Part shown: piece by piece, positions 20,856 to 29,418 of the stretch
Layout: every line of letters begins with the position of its first letter
Position numbering within the stretch: the stretch's first letter is position 1
Source of the DNA: Myxococcota bacterium
GTDB lineage: Bacteria; Myxococcota_A; SURF-8
Length of the DNA: 64,000 nucleotides
Reading direction: 5' to 3'
Assembly (NCBI GenBank): GCA_965140415.1
Contig: OZ223209.1
Span: 1,344,001-1,408,000 of the forward strand
The notes under the pieces: model-generated
The model's database searches: none
What the model was told of the DNA's origin: nothing
What the model saw: only the letters and a program-made list of their open reading frames with translations
Translations under genes and position numbers: made by a program

Positions 20856-20889
20856 CAACGGGTAGGCGCATGGCTTGCCCGTTGTTTTT
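20856..20889 (+). terminator. Probable terminator after nuoI
   Basis: CAACGGG...CCCGTTG stem followed by T-rich tail. Confidence 0.6.
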
Positions 20890-20924
20890 CTTTTATGACG
20901 CGTGGGTTTAACGAGTAAGCAAGC

Positions 20925-21698
20925 ATGAACGAGACCGAAGCGAACATCTGTGAATTGAAAGGCGTGACGAAGCGCTTTTTACGCCGCGAAGGCTGGCGCG
21001 GCTGGCTGCCTGGCAGCGAGGCGGTGGAAGTCGTGGCGCTGGATCGTGTGGATCTGGCGGTTCGCAAGGGGGAAGTTGTGGGGCTCGTCGGCAAAAACGG
21101 CAGCGGAAAAAGCACCCTGCTTCGTTTAATCGCCGGTTTACTCGAATGCGAGGCGGGAACCACACGTGTTTTAGGCGTCGATCCGGTCAAGGAACCGATT
21201 GTTGTAGGCGTCGATGTCTCCTATGTCCTTAGTAACGACCGCAGCTTTTTCTGGCGCTTGAGTCTGCAACGCAACCTGGAGTTTTTCGGCATCCTGAACG
21301 ACATGCCGGGCGATCTGCTCAAACGTCGGGTGCAGGAATGCATCGACCTGTTGGGACTGCGTCAGGCGGCACGGCAGCCGTTTCGCGAATTGTCCGATGG
21401 CATGAAGCAGCGCGCGGCGATTGCACGCGGTTTACTGGCCGAGCCTCGTCTGTTGCTGGTCGATGAAGCGACGCGCAGCCTGGATCATGGACACGCGCAG
21501 AACGTGCGCCGCATTCTGCGAAAGCTGGCGGATGAGCGCAGTGTCGGCATTTTGTGGGCCAGTCACAATCTGGAGGAAGTCGAGGCGGTCTGCGATCGTG
21601 TAATTTTATTGGAAGCGGGTCATGTGGCGCTAGAGGGCGCACCGCTAGAGATTGGCGCGGAGATCCGTCGCCGCCTGGAACTGGAGGCGGCGTCATGA
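20925..21698 (+). CDS. ABC exporter ATP-binding subunit
   Basis: GKNGSGKST Walker A, LSDGMKQR signature, LLVDE, ASH. Confidence 0.93.
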   Translation: MNETEANICELKGVTKRFLRREGWRGWLPGSEAVEVVALDRVDLAVRKGEVVGLVGKNGSGKSTLLRLIAGLLECEAGTTRVLGVDPVKEPIVVGVDVSYVLSNDRSFFWRLSLQRNLEFFGILNDMPGDLLKRRVQECIDLLGLRQAARQPFRELSDGMKQRAAIARGLLAEPRLLLVDEATRSLDHGHAQNVRRILRKLADERSVGILWASHNLEEVEAVCDRVILLEAGHVALEGAPLEIGAEIRRRLELEAAS

Positions 21699-22534
21699 TG
21701 GCTTCTCGGAGCGCGGGTGTCAGCGGATTTCTGCGCAAGGCGTTTGCCTGGATTCGTAAGGACTTTTTAGAGGAGACCTCCTATCGCTTCGCCTTTTTCT
21801 TTTCGTTGTGGGGTATTCTGTTTGCGGTGGTGGTTTTCTTTTTCCTCTCGCGCGTGATGCCCGAGGCCACAAACGAAATGCTTGCCCGCTATGGCGGCGG
21901 CTATTTTCCCTTTGTGCTGGTGGGTTTTTCATTGGCGCATTATGTGGATCTGGCGTTGAACGGCATGTCCCGGCGTATCCGCGAAACGCAGATTCTGGGC
22001 ACCTTGGAAGCCTTACTCGCAACGCGCACCCCGGCCTGGCAGATTCTGTTGCTGTCGATTCTCTATCCGCTGTTGTCGATGGCGTTGATCGGCTTATTGT
22101 ATCTGTTTGTAGCCTGGCTCTTTTTCGGTCTGGACCTGTCGAAAGCGGTGTGGGGCTCGGCCTTCCTGTATCTCATTCTGACGATTTCCTCCCTGCTGCC
22201 TCTGGGCATCGTTTCCGCCTCGATCACCCTCGTTTTCAAGCGCGGCGATCCGGTAGCGTTCGCGTTGACGGGCTTGACCTACCTGCTTAGCGGCGTGTTC
22301 TATCCTGTGGCGGTGATGCCCGCCTGGTTGCAGACACTGGCCCAGTTCTTCCCGCTGACTCACGCACTGGAAGGCATGCGGAGGGCGCTGTCGGTCGGTG
22401 TCGGTGTGTTGCAGGAACCAAAACCGTTTCTGTTTCTTGTAGCGTTTACGGTCGTGCTGCTGCCCTTGTCGATCGTCCTGTTTTCACGCGCGCTGACCTA
22501 TGCTCGCCGCAGCGGTGGGCTACACCATTATTAA
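21695..22534 (+). CDS. ABC-2 type permease
   Basis: About 6 TM, GTLEALL, SGVFYPVAVMP..PLTHALE; ATGA overlap with the ATPase stop. Confidence 0.9.
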   Translation: MMASRSAGVSGFLRKAFAWIRKDFLEETSYRFAFFFSLWGILFAVVVFFFLSRVMPEATNEMLARYGGGYFPFVLVGFSLAHYVDLALNGMSRRIRETQILGTLEALLATRTPAWQILLLSILYPLLSMALIGLLYLFVAWLFFGLDLSKAVWGSAFLYLILTISSLLPLGIVSASITLVFKRGDPVAFALTGLTYLLSGVFYPVAVMPAWLQTLAQFFPLTHALEGMRRALSVGVGVLQEPKPFLFLVAFTVVLLPLSIVLFSRALTYARRSGGLHHY

Positions 22535-22598
22535 ACGTTCAACATTACCGGATAATGGGGCGGGTATTAGATGAAATGCACTGAACATCTTGACAGAT

Positions 22599-22669
22599 GG
22601 GTGGCGCGGGCTAAGCCGCAGGCTTGCCCGTGATCGGCATGGGCAAGCTTCGCTTTGCCCCTGGCACCC
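22599..22669. repeat. Inverted pair of REP-like palindromes
   Basis: GGGTGGCGCGGGCTAAGCCGCAGGCTTGCCCGTG (22599-22632) plus inverted variant CATGGGCAAGCTTCGCTTTGCCCCTGGCACCC (22638-22669); another copy at 51115. Confidence 0.75.
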
Positions 22670-22821
22670 TTTCACAATAGAAGCTTGGAATTGGACATCG
22701 TGACGATAGCTTCAAAACTTCCCCACATTTATTAGGTCTTCTTGACAAGCGCCGAACACTTGCGGTAGAGATGATATGGTATTAATGGCGGGGGTGTGCC
22801 GTCCGCCGAAGGGATGTCCAC

Positions 22822-24954
22822 ATGGATGGCTTTTTCAATAGTGAGTCGATTGTGGTTGTCGGGGTTTCCTCGTCGCCTACCAATCTTGCCAAGCGAATTC
22901 TGTTCAATCTCCAGCGTTTCCGCTACGAGGGGAACGTCTATGCCGTCGGTCCGCGAGAAGAGGAAGTCGAAGGCTACCCGGTCGTTCGCTCGATTCTGGA
23001 TATCGAAGAAGAGATCGACCTGGCGGTGCTGCTGGTTCCGGCCAGCAATATTCCCGAAGTGGTTGAAGACTGCGGAAAGAAAGGCATCAAGCGCCTGATC
23101 ATCGAATCCGGTGGTTTTCGGGAATTTGCCGGAGATGCCTCCGAGCACGAACGCCGCATGCTGGAAATCTGCCGTAAATACGGAATCCGTTTTATCGGTC
23201 CGAACTGCATCGGCGTGATCCATCGTGACAACGGGCTGTGTACCGCCTTTTCCAGCTTTGTGACCCCGTTTAAAAGGGGTGGAATTTCCGTGTTGTCCCA
23301 GTCGGGTGGCGTCGGAATTTCTTATATCGGCGATCTGACCAGCGAAAACGTGGGAATCAACAAGTTCGTCAGCTACGGCAACGGCCTGGATATCGACGAA
23401 GTGGAAGTCATCGAGTACCTGGGGCAGGATGAGAAAACCAGTTTGATTTCCTGTTACCTGGAGGGTATCTCCAATGGTCGGGAGTTCATGCGGGTGGTGT
23501 CGCGACTGGATAAGCCGGTGGTGGTGCTTAAAAGCAACACCCAGCAGATCGCGCATCGTATCGCGACGTCGCATACTGCGGCTGTGGCCGGGGATGAAAC
23601 GGTTATGGACGCCGCCTTCCGGCAGGTGGGCGTGTTGCGGGTAGATAACACCCTGGTATGGACGAACGTTACCAAGGCGTTGACTCTGCCATTGATGCGA
23701 GGCAACCGGATCGCGATCTTGTCACATTCGGGTGGGCATTCGGTCCTGGCGGCGGATGCTGCGGCCAAATGCGGCTTCGAATTGCCACGCTTCCCCGCCA
23801 GTTTCTTCGAAGCCTGCGAACAGTATTTCAGGCAATCGGTGGCGCGCCTGCAAAATCCCTTGGATCTGGGGCAGATTCTATACGACACCGTGTTGTCTCA
23901 CATTCTAGAGGAAACCCTGAAACTCGATGAGTTCGATGGCGTGGTGCTTTTCCATAGCTACGATGCCGAACAGGACAGCGACGAAACGCGCTCGTTCATT
24001 TCGCAGATCCGCCCCCTGATGGAGCGCTATGGCAAACCGGTGCTGGCGGTATTGTCCACCCAGCGCGACGAGCGCCAGTATATTCGCGAAAACTATCAGC
24101 TTCCACTGTTCCGCTCTCCCTATCACGCGGTTCAGGCTTTGGCATACAGCCGCGATGCCTTCCGTGTATCGCAGCAAAGACGCCCCTTCGACCGGGTTCC
24201 GATTCCCAAAGGTGGAGAGAAGGCACGGACTTACCTGACCGAAGCTGTTATACACGGGCGACATCCGCGCTGGGAAGAGGGCTTACAAATGATGGAAGCC
24301 TACGGCTTCCCGATTGCACCCTTTAAAGTTGTACATTCCAGGGAGCAGGCGTTACAGGCCGCCGACGAAATCGGCTATCCCGTGGCCATCAAGATCATTC
24401 ATCCCGATGCCCCGAAAAAGACGGCAGTTGGTGGCGTCGAATTGAATCTGAAAAACGAATACGGCATTGTGACCGGTTGGGACGAAGTCGCTCATGCCGC
24501 CAAGCACGCCAATTTGTGCGACGACATGAATTGCGCCATCGTCCAGCGCATGGCCGATACCGGCTGGGAATTGTTCGTCGGCGCCAAGCGAGATCCGATT
24601 TTCGGACCTGTCGTGATGGCGGGCAGCGGCGGCGTCCTGGCGGAAGTCGTCGAGGATCTGGCGGTGCGTGTTGCGCCTCTTTCGGAAGAAGATGTGCTGG
24701 ATATGCTTTCCGAAACCAAGGCGGCAAGGCTCCTGGAAGGTTTTGCCGGATCGGGTAAAGCCGATACCAAGGCCCTGGTGAATCTGATCATGACGGTGTC
24801 TCAATTGCTGATCGATCTCGATGAGGTTGAAGAGTTGCGCCTGAATCCGGTGGTCGTGCATCCACGCCATCAGGGAATCACGCTGGTCGATACGCGCATC
24901 GTTTTCCGAGAAGATTACCTGGAACAGCAGCGGCAAAAGGCGGAACAGTCGTGA
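22822..24954 (+). CDS. Acetate/acyl-CoA ligase (ADP-forming), fused alpha+beta
   Basis: CoA-binding domain, GPNCIG, SQSGG, phospho-His SHTA, NPLDL, C-terminal ATP-grasp DPIFGPVV. Confidence 0.9.
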   Translation: MDGFFNSESIVVVGVSSSPTNLAKRILFNLQRFRYEGNVYAVGPREEEVEGYPVVRSILDIEEEIDLAVLLVPASNIPEVVEDCGKKGIKRLIIESGGFREFAGDASEHERRMLEICRKYGIRFIGPNCIGVIHRDNGLCTAFSSFVTPFKRGGISVLSQSGGVGISYIGDLTSENVGINKFVSYGNGLDIDEVEVIEYLGQDEKTSLISCYLEGISNGREFMRVVSRLDKPVVVLKSNTQQIAHRIATSHTAAVAGDETVMDAAFRQVGVLRVDNTLVWTNVTKALTLPLMRGNRIAILSHSGGHSVLAADAAAKCGFELPRFPASFFEACEQYFRQSVARLQNPLDLGQILYDTVLSHILEETLKLDEFDGVVLFHSYDAEQDSDETRSFISQIRPLMERYGKPVLAVLSTQRDERQYIRENYQLPLFRSPYHAVQALAYSRDAFRVSQQRRPFDRVPIPKGGEKARTYLTEAVIHGRHPRWEEGLQMMEAYGFPIAPFKVVHSREQALQAADEIGYPVAIKIIHPDAPKKTAVGGVELNLKNEYGIVTGWDEVAHAAKHANLCDDMNCAIVQRMADTGWELFVGAKRDPIFGPVVMAGSGGVLAEVVEDLAVRVAPLSEEDVLDMLSETKAARLLEGFAGSGKADTKALVNLIMTVSQLLIDLDEVEELRLNPVVVHPRHQGITLVDTRIVFREDYLEQQRQKAEQS

Positions 24955-25835
24955 ACAAGCGGATTCTGTTGCGTATTGTACGAAGTACATTGTTGATATT
25001 ACTGATACTTTCGTTCGCAGTACCGGTCGTGTTCTTTTACAAGCTGGCAATCGACATGCATAGCCCGGTCGAGTCGCCGGAACAGTATCTTGGTTGCCGA
25101 GTCACCCCATTTTCTGTAAAAACCCAGGATGAAGTAGAAATCAGTGGCTGGTTCTTACCCGGCAAGCCGGGGCAGGCGGCGGTGGTGCTGTTGCATGGTA
25201 TCGGTGCCAGTCGCTTGCAGATGCTCGAACAGGCGAAGTTCCTGAATCATCATAAATATCCAGTAGTTCTCTTCGATTTCCGAAATCACGGCATTTCCGG
25301 CGGCAGGCGCACCACCTACGGCGCGCGCGAGCAACTGGATGTCGCGGCGGTGGTCGAGAAAACCCGGGAACTGGCTCCCAGTGCCAAGGTTGTATTATGG
25401 GGGCTTTCCATGGGAGCATCTACGGCGCTTTTAGCGGCTAAAGGAGTCGAGGCGGACGGTGTAATCGCCGAAAGTCCGTTCGATTCGTTAGATGGCACCT
25501 TTACTCATCATGCCTGGCTTTATTTCAGGCTTCCACGTCTTCCCGTGGTCCCCTGGACGTTGGCGCTGATCGGCTGGGATGCGGATTTCGACCCGGATCT
25601 GGTCTCACCCATCGAAGCGGTAAAAGCCTCCGGCGCGATTCCGATGCTGTTTGTCACCAGCAGTGAAGACGAGCGCATGACGCCTGCTCTGGTGCGCCAC
25701 ATCGCCAAAGCGCATCCGGGACCGACCCGCCTTTTTCCCGGTAAAGGCGAGCATGCTCTGATTTTCCATGCAACCGGATCACCGTATAAGCAGGAAGTTT
25801 TGCAATTCCTGCAACAGGTCGATTCCCAGAAATAA
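24951..25835 (+). CDS. Membrane-anchored alpha/beta hydrolase
   Basis: LLHG, DFRNHGIS, GLSMG nucleophile elbow, Asp and His; GTGA overlap. Confidence 0.9.
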   Translation: MNKRILLRIVRSTLLILLILSFAVPVVFFYKLAIDMHSPVESPEQYLGCRVTPFSVKTQDEVEISGWFLPGKPGQAAVVLLHGIGASRLQMLEQAKFLNHHKYPVVLFDFRNHGISGGRRTTYGAREQLDVAAVVEKTRELAPSAKVVLWGLSMGASTALLAAKGVEADGVIAESPFDSLDGTFTHHAWLYFRLPRLPVVPWTLALIGWDADFDPDLVSPIEAVKASGAIPMLFVTSSEDERMTPALVRHIAKAHPGPTRLFPGKGEHALIFHATGSPYKQEVLQFLQQVDSQK

Positions 25836-26126
25836 CTGCTCCAGAATGCTTCTTGCGAGCATCGAATTTCTTTCCCCTCGAAAAAAAATACGGAACTTTT
25901 TTTTATTGGAGGATGTTTTCCTATCAATTTTGTGTACGAATCTCATTTTTTTAGAAAAAGCGGCAAAATTTCAAAAAGACTGTCTAACAGTCGTATTCTA
26001 CGAACATGTGGTAGGATTTCATGATTGGCATACAATATCTGGTGTTAGCAAATGCGACAATACATATCGCAATAGGAGACGGTTTTTAAAAAAATAAAAA
26101 AAAGCGTGAAATTGTGAAGGTTTTCC

Positions 26127-26155
26127 TTGCATTTTGTTTCAGCCATCGTTATCAT
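26127..26155 (+). promoter_or_regulatory. Putative sigma70 promoter of the RRM gene
   Basis: TTGCAT-N17-TATCAT downstream of an AT-rich tract. Confidence 0.5.
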
Positions 26156-26306
26156 CCGAGCAGTTACATGGTAAAGGGTCAAGGCTTTGAATACCGGTTA
26201 CGTTAGATTCTGCAAATCACGAATATTTCCCACCGACATTTACTGCTCCTTGCCTGTCCGGGAATGGTCCCGGAACCAAAATTAAGATTCTGAAAGGATA
26301 CGTAGC

Positions 26307-26594
26307 ATGAAGAACAAACTTTACGTTGGTGGCTTGGCTTGGGCGACGGACAATGCAGGGCTGGAAAATGCCTTCTCGTCCTATGGTGACATCGATGAAG
26401 CAAAAGTCATCACGGACCGCGAGACGGGTCGTAGCCGTGGTTTCGGTTTCGTCACGTTCGCCAGTGAAGATGCCGCACAGGCCGCTTTGGCGATGGATGG
26501 CACCGAGCTGGACGGACGCACCGTACGCGTCAACTTCGCCGAAGACAAACCGCGCCGCACGGGTGGTGGCGGTGGTGGCGGTCGCCGCTGGTAA
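26307..26594 (+). CDS. RRM-type RNA-binding protein with Gly-rich tail
   Basis: RNP2 LYVGGL, RNP1 RGFGFVTF, GGGGGGG tail. Confidence 0.96.
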   Translation: MKNKLYVGGLAWATDNAGLENAFSSYGDIDEAKVITDRETGRSRGFGFVTFASEDAAQAALAMDGTELDGRTVRVNFAEDKPRRTGGGGGGGRRW

Positions 26595-26668
26595 GCGACG
26601 ACCCCTTGTTCGATTCTTTTCCTGACGGGGATAAGCCCTCGAGGAAAAGATCGAATCCCCTAGTAAGC

Positions 26669-26704
26669 AAAAGCATGGAAAGCATCTGTTTTCCATGCTT
26701 TTTT
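26669..26704 (+). terminator. Rho-independent terminator
   Basis: AAAAGCATGGAAA...TTTCCATGCTTTT stem with T run. Confidence 0.8.
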
Positions 26705-26907
26705 CGTTTTATGCCTATCTCCTTTTTGGGGGTATCATTAGCTGGGTGCCCGGGTCTTCGATTCGTTACGAATCGATGGCCCGGAATTGTCGTATTTACA
26801 CGGCCATTCCTTAGTTAGGTTGTCCAAAGAGTTTTTCCCGAAACTGTGGAGTTTACCAGGGGATTATGGTATTCTAGCGCGGCATACACACCAGGGAGGA
26901 GCGTACG

Positions 26908-27636
26908 ATGAAAGGGGTAATTCTTGCAGGCGGACTGGGCACCCGGTTGCATCCGTTGACGAAAATCACCAACAAGCATCTGTTGCCTGTATATGACAAG
27001 CCGATGATCCACTATCCGATCCAGGCGCTCATCAACGCCGGAATTCAGGATATCCTCATCGTGACCGGTGGCAAACATGCCGGAGATTTCTTGGAATTAT
27101 TGGGAAACGGACAGGAATTCGGTCTGAAGGATATCAATTATACCTACCAGGAAGGTGAGGGCGGTATTGCCGATGCTCTGCGGCTGGCAGAACATTTCGC
27201 CGAGCGCGAGTTGATCTGTGTCATTCTGGGCGACAATCTGATCGAAGGTAACGTCAAGCAGGCGGCGGCCCGGTTTCGTCAGCAGGGTGATGGAGCCAAG
27301 ATTCTGCTCAAGCAGGTTCCCGACCCGGAACGCTTTGGTGTGCCGCGCATTGAAAATGATCGAATCGTAGAGATTATCGAGAAACCGAAGGAGCCGCCTT
27401 CAGAGTATGCCGTAACCGGTATCTACTTCTACGATCATACGGTCTTCGATTTTATCCGTACGTTAAAGCCTTCCCAGCGGGGCGAACTGGAAATTACCGA
27501 CGTCAACAACATGTACCTGGGGCGTGGCGCGTTGACCTACGAAATTCTCGACGGCTGGTGGACGGACGCCGGTACGTTCCCTTCGTTATTGAGAGCCAGC
27601 AATCTTGTGGCGGAAACCGGCGCAAACAAGCTGTAA
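26908..27636 (+). CDS. rmlA: Glucose-1-phosphate thymidylyltransferase (short form)
   Basis: ILAGGLGTRL.PLT...NKHLLPVYDKP, EKP, RGELEITD, WTDAGT. Confidence 0.92.
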   Translation: MKGVILAGGLGTRLHPLTKITNKHLLPVYDKPMIHYPIQALINAGIQDILIVTGGKHAGDFLELLGNGQEFGLKDINYTYQEGEGGIADALRLAEHFAERELICVILGDNLIEGNVKQAAARFRQQGDGAKILLKQVPDPERFGVPRIENDRIVEIIEKPKEPPSEYAVTGIYFYDHTVFDFIRTLKPSQRGELEITDVNNMYLGRGALTYEILDGWWTDAGTFPSLLRASNLVAETGANKL

Positions 27637-27652
27637 TTGGAAAGGATCAATC

Positions 27653-28144
27653 ATGGAGCGCATAGCAGGCAGCGCGGTTAAATCGCTGCGCGTAATTCCC
27701 GATGAACGCGGACGCTTGATGGAAATCCTACGCAACGACGACGATCTTTTCGAGCAATTCGGCCAGGTGTACATGACCACGGTCAGTCCGGGAGTCGTCA
27801 AGGGCTGGCATTATCACAAGATTCAAAGCGACCATTTCGCCGTGGTGCGCGGTATGCTCAAACTCGCCCTTTACGATGTGCGCGACCCGAAACTGGGATT
27901 TGGATACGAGGGGCCGGTCTCGGAAACGGCAGGTATGGTGAACGAGTATTTTCTCGGCGAGCACAATCCCATTCTGGTTAAAATCCCTCCCTTCGTGTTG
28001 CATGGCTTTAAAGGAATCAGCACACAAGAAACCATCGTGATCAATATCCCGACCGAAGTATATCGCTACGATCAACCCGACGAGCATCGGGTTGAGCCGC
28101 ACAGCGAGCGCGTACCCTACGATTGGGCGCTGAAAGAAATGTAA
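27653..28144 (+). CDS. rmlC: dTDP-4-dehydrorhamnose 3,5-epimerase family protein
   Basis: DERG.LME, GVVKGWHYH, IPP.V.HGF cupin motifs. Confidence 0.88.
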   Translation: MERIAGSAVKSLRVIPDERGRLMEILRNDDDLFEQFGQVYMTTVSPGVVKGWHYHKIQSDHFAVVRGMLKLALYDVRDPKLGFGYEGPVSETAGMVNEYFLGEHNPILVKIPPFVLHGFKGISTQETIVINIPTEVYRYDQPDEHRVEPHSERVPYDWALKEM

Positions 28145-28170
28145 GACTTTTGGATTCGGAGAAAACCGCT

Positions 28171-29415
28171 TCAGAGTGTGTTTGTTTCCGAGAGGATCTT
28201 TTCGTAAAGTTCCAGGTGATGCGCCAGAAAGTGCGGCAGGGTAAAGCGTTCTTCGATACGCTTTCTGGCGTTGGTGCGCCACTGTATCCGCAACTCTTCG
28301 TTTTCAAGTGCATCGCATAACGCTTCTGCCAATACAGAGCGGTCGCCGGTCGGTACCAGCTTTCCTGCCTCGGCCTCTCCCAGAATTTCGGGAACGCCGC
28401 CCGTGGCATAGCCGACGATGGGAACGCCGCAGGCCATGGCTTCCGCCGTGATCAGCGAAAAGGTTTCCGCCAATGGTGTGTTCAGCAGGACATCCGCACA
28501 ACAGAACCACTCGGCGAGTTGTTCGGGTGATTTGATCAGCCCTGCGTGATGGTGAGGGATTCCATCGAGAGCGTTTTCCGGCAGGGATTCGGTTCGGCCT
28601 ACCGTAAGAACGAACATGCGTTTCTCTTTCAGTCGATGTAAAACCTCCAAAGAATCCTGCACGCCTTTATAGGGAATCGTCAAATCCGCTGCGGTCATCA
28701 GCACGATGGGAAGATCCGATGGAAGACCGAGTTTCCGCTTGAGTTCGGATTTGTCCCGCAGTTGGAAGCATTCTGCGTCGATTCCATTTGGGAGCAATGC
28801 GGGAGGAACCTGGCAGAGTCCTGAATCCATGGCGCGCGCCTGCATCCATTCCGATGGAGCCGCTGCATGGATGTTGGGATGAGAAAGCACACGGCGTTTC
28901 ATGTCCTGCATGGCGCCGGTGCGGTCGATGTCGGTTGTCAATGGCCAGCGGCCCAGTTGTGGGCAATCACCGCAGCGCGTTTTGTAGCGCTCGCAGTCCA
29001 GTGGATACAGGCAGCCCCCGGTAAAAGGAGAGGTGTCGTGGAAGGTCCAGACAACCGGTTTTTCTCGTGCGACCAATTTCAGTGTAATCGGTGAAATCGC
29101 CGAAGATAGGTCGTGGAAGTGAACGAGGTCGCATTCCCTGAAAGCGGGGTTGCCAATCAAGCTCAAATATTCCAACGGCAGCAGATCTGGCCAACCCAGA
29201 AAGCGGGTGGCACGGCTTAATACCCGGACCGGAAAGGATGCGACTGGCGGAATCAGCGGTTTCGTCCATGGATGACGATGCTGGCCATAGCGGAACCAAT
29301 GATGAACACCGTGTCCCTGCTCGTGCAGCAGCCGTGCAAGCGTTTCCGCCATGGCTCCTGCTCCGCCGCCTGAACGATCCGATTTGCTTACGATGGCGAT
29401 AGTGAGTTTGCGCAT
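28171..29415 (-). CDS. Glycosyltransferase family 4 (WcaC-like)
   Basis: GGAG, WTFHD..PFTGGC..P..C Cys cluster, ETF....EAMACG.P. Confidence 0.92.
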   Translation of the reverse strand: MRKLTIAIVSKSDRSGGGAGAMAETLARLLHEQGHGVHHWFRYGQHRHPWTKPLIPPVASFPVRVLSRATRFLGWPDLLPLEYLSLIGNPAFRECDLVHFHDLSSAISPITLKLVAREKPVVWTFHDTSPFTGGCLYPLDCERYKTRCGDCPQLGRWPLTTDIDRTGAMQDMKRRVLSHPNIHAAAPSEWMQARAMDSGLCQVPPALLPNGIDAECFQLRDKSELKRKLGLPSDLPIVLMTAADLTIPYKGVQDSLEVLHRLKEKRMFVLTVGRTESLPENALDGIPHHHAGLIKSPEQLAEWFCCADVLLNTPLAETFSLITAEAMACGVPIVGYATGGVPEILGEAEAGKLVPTGDRSVLAEALCDALENEELRIQWRTNARKRIEERFTLPHFLAHHLELYEKILSETNTL

Positions 29416-29418
29416 GAT

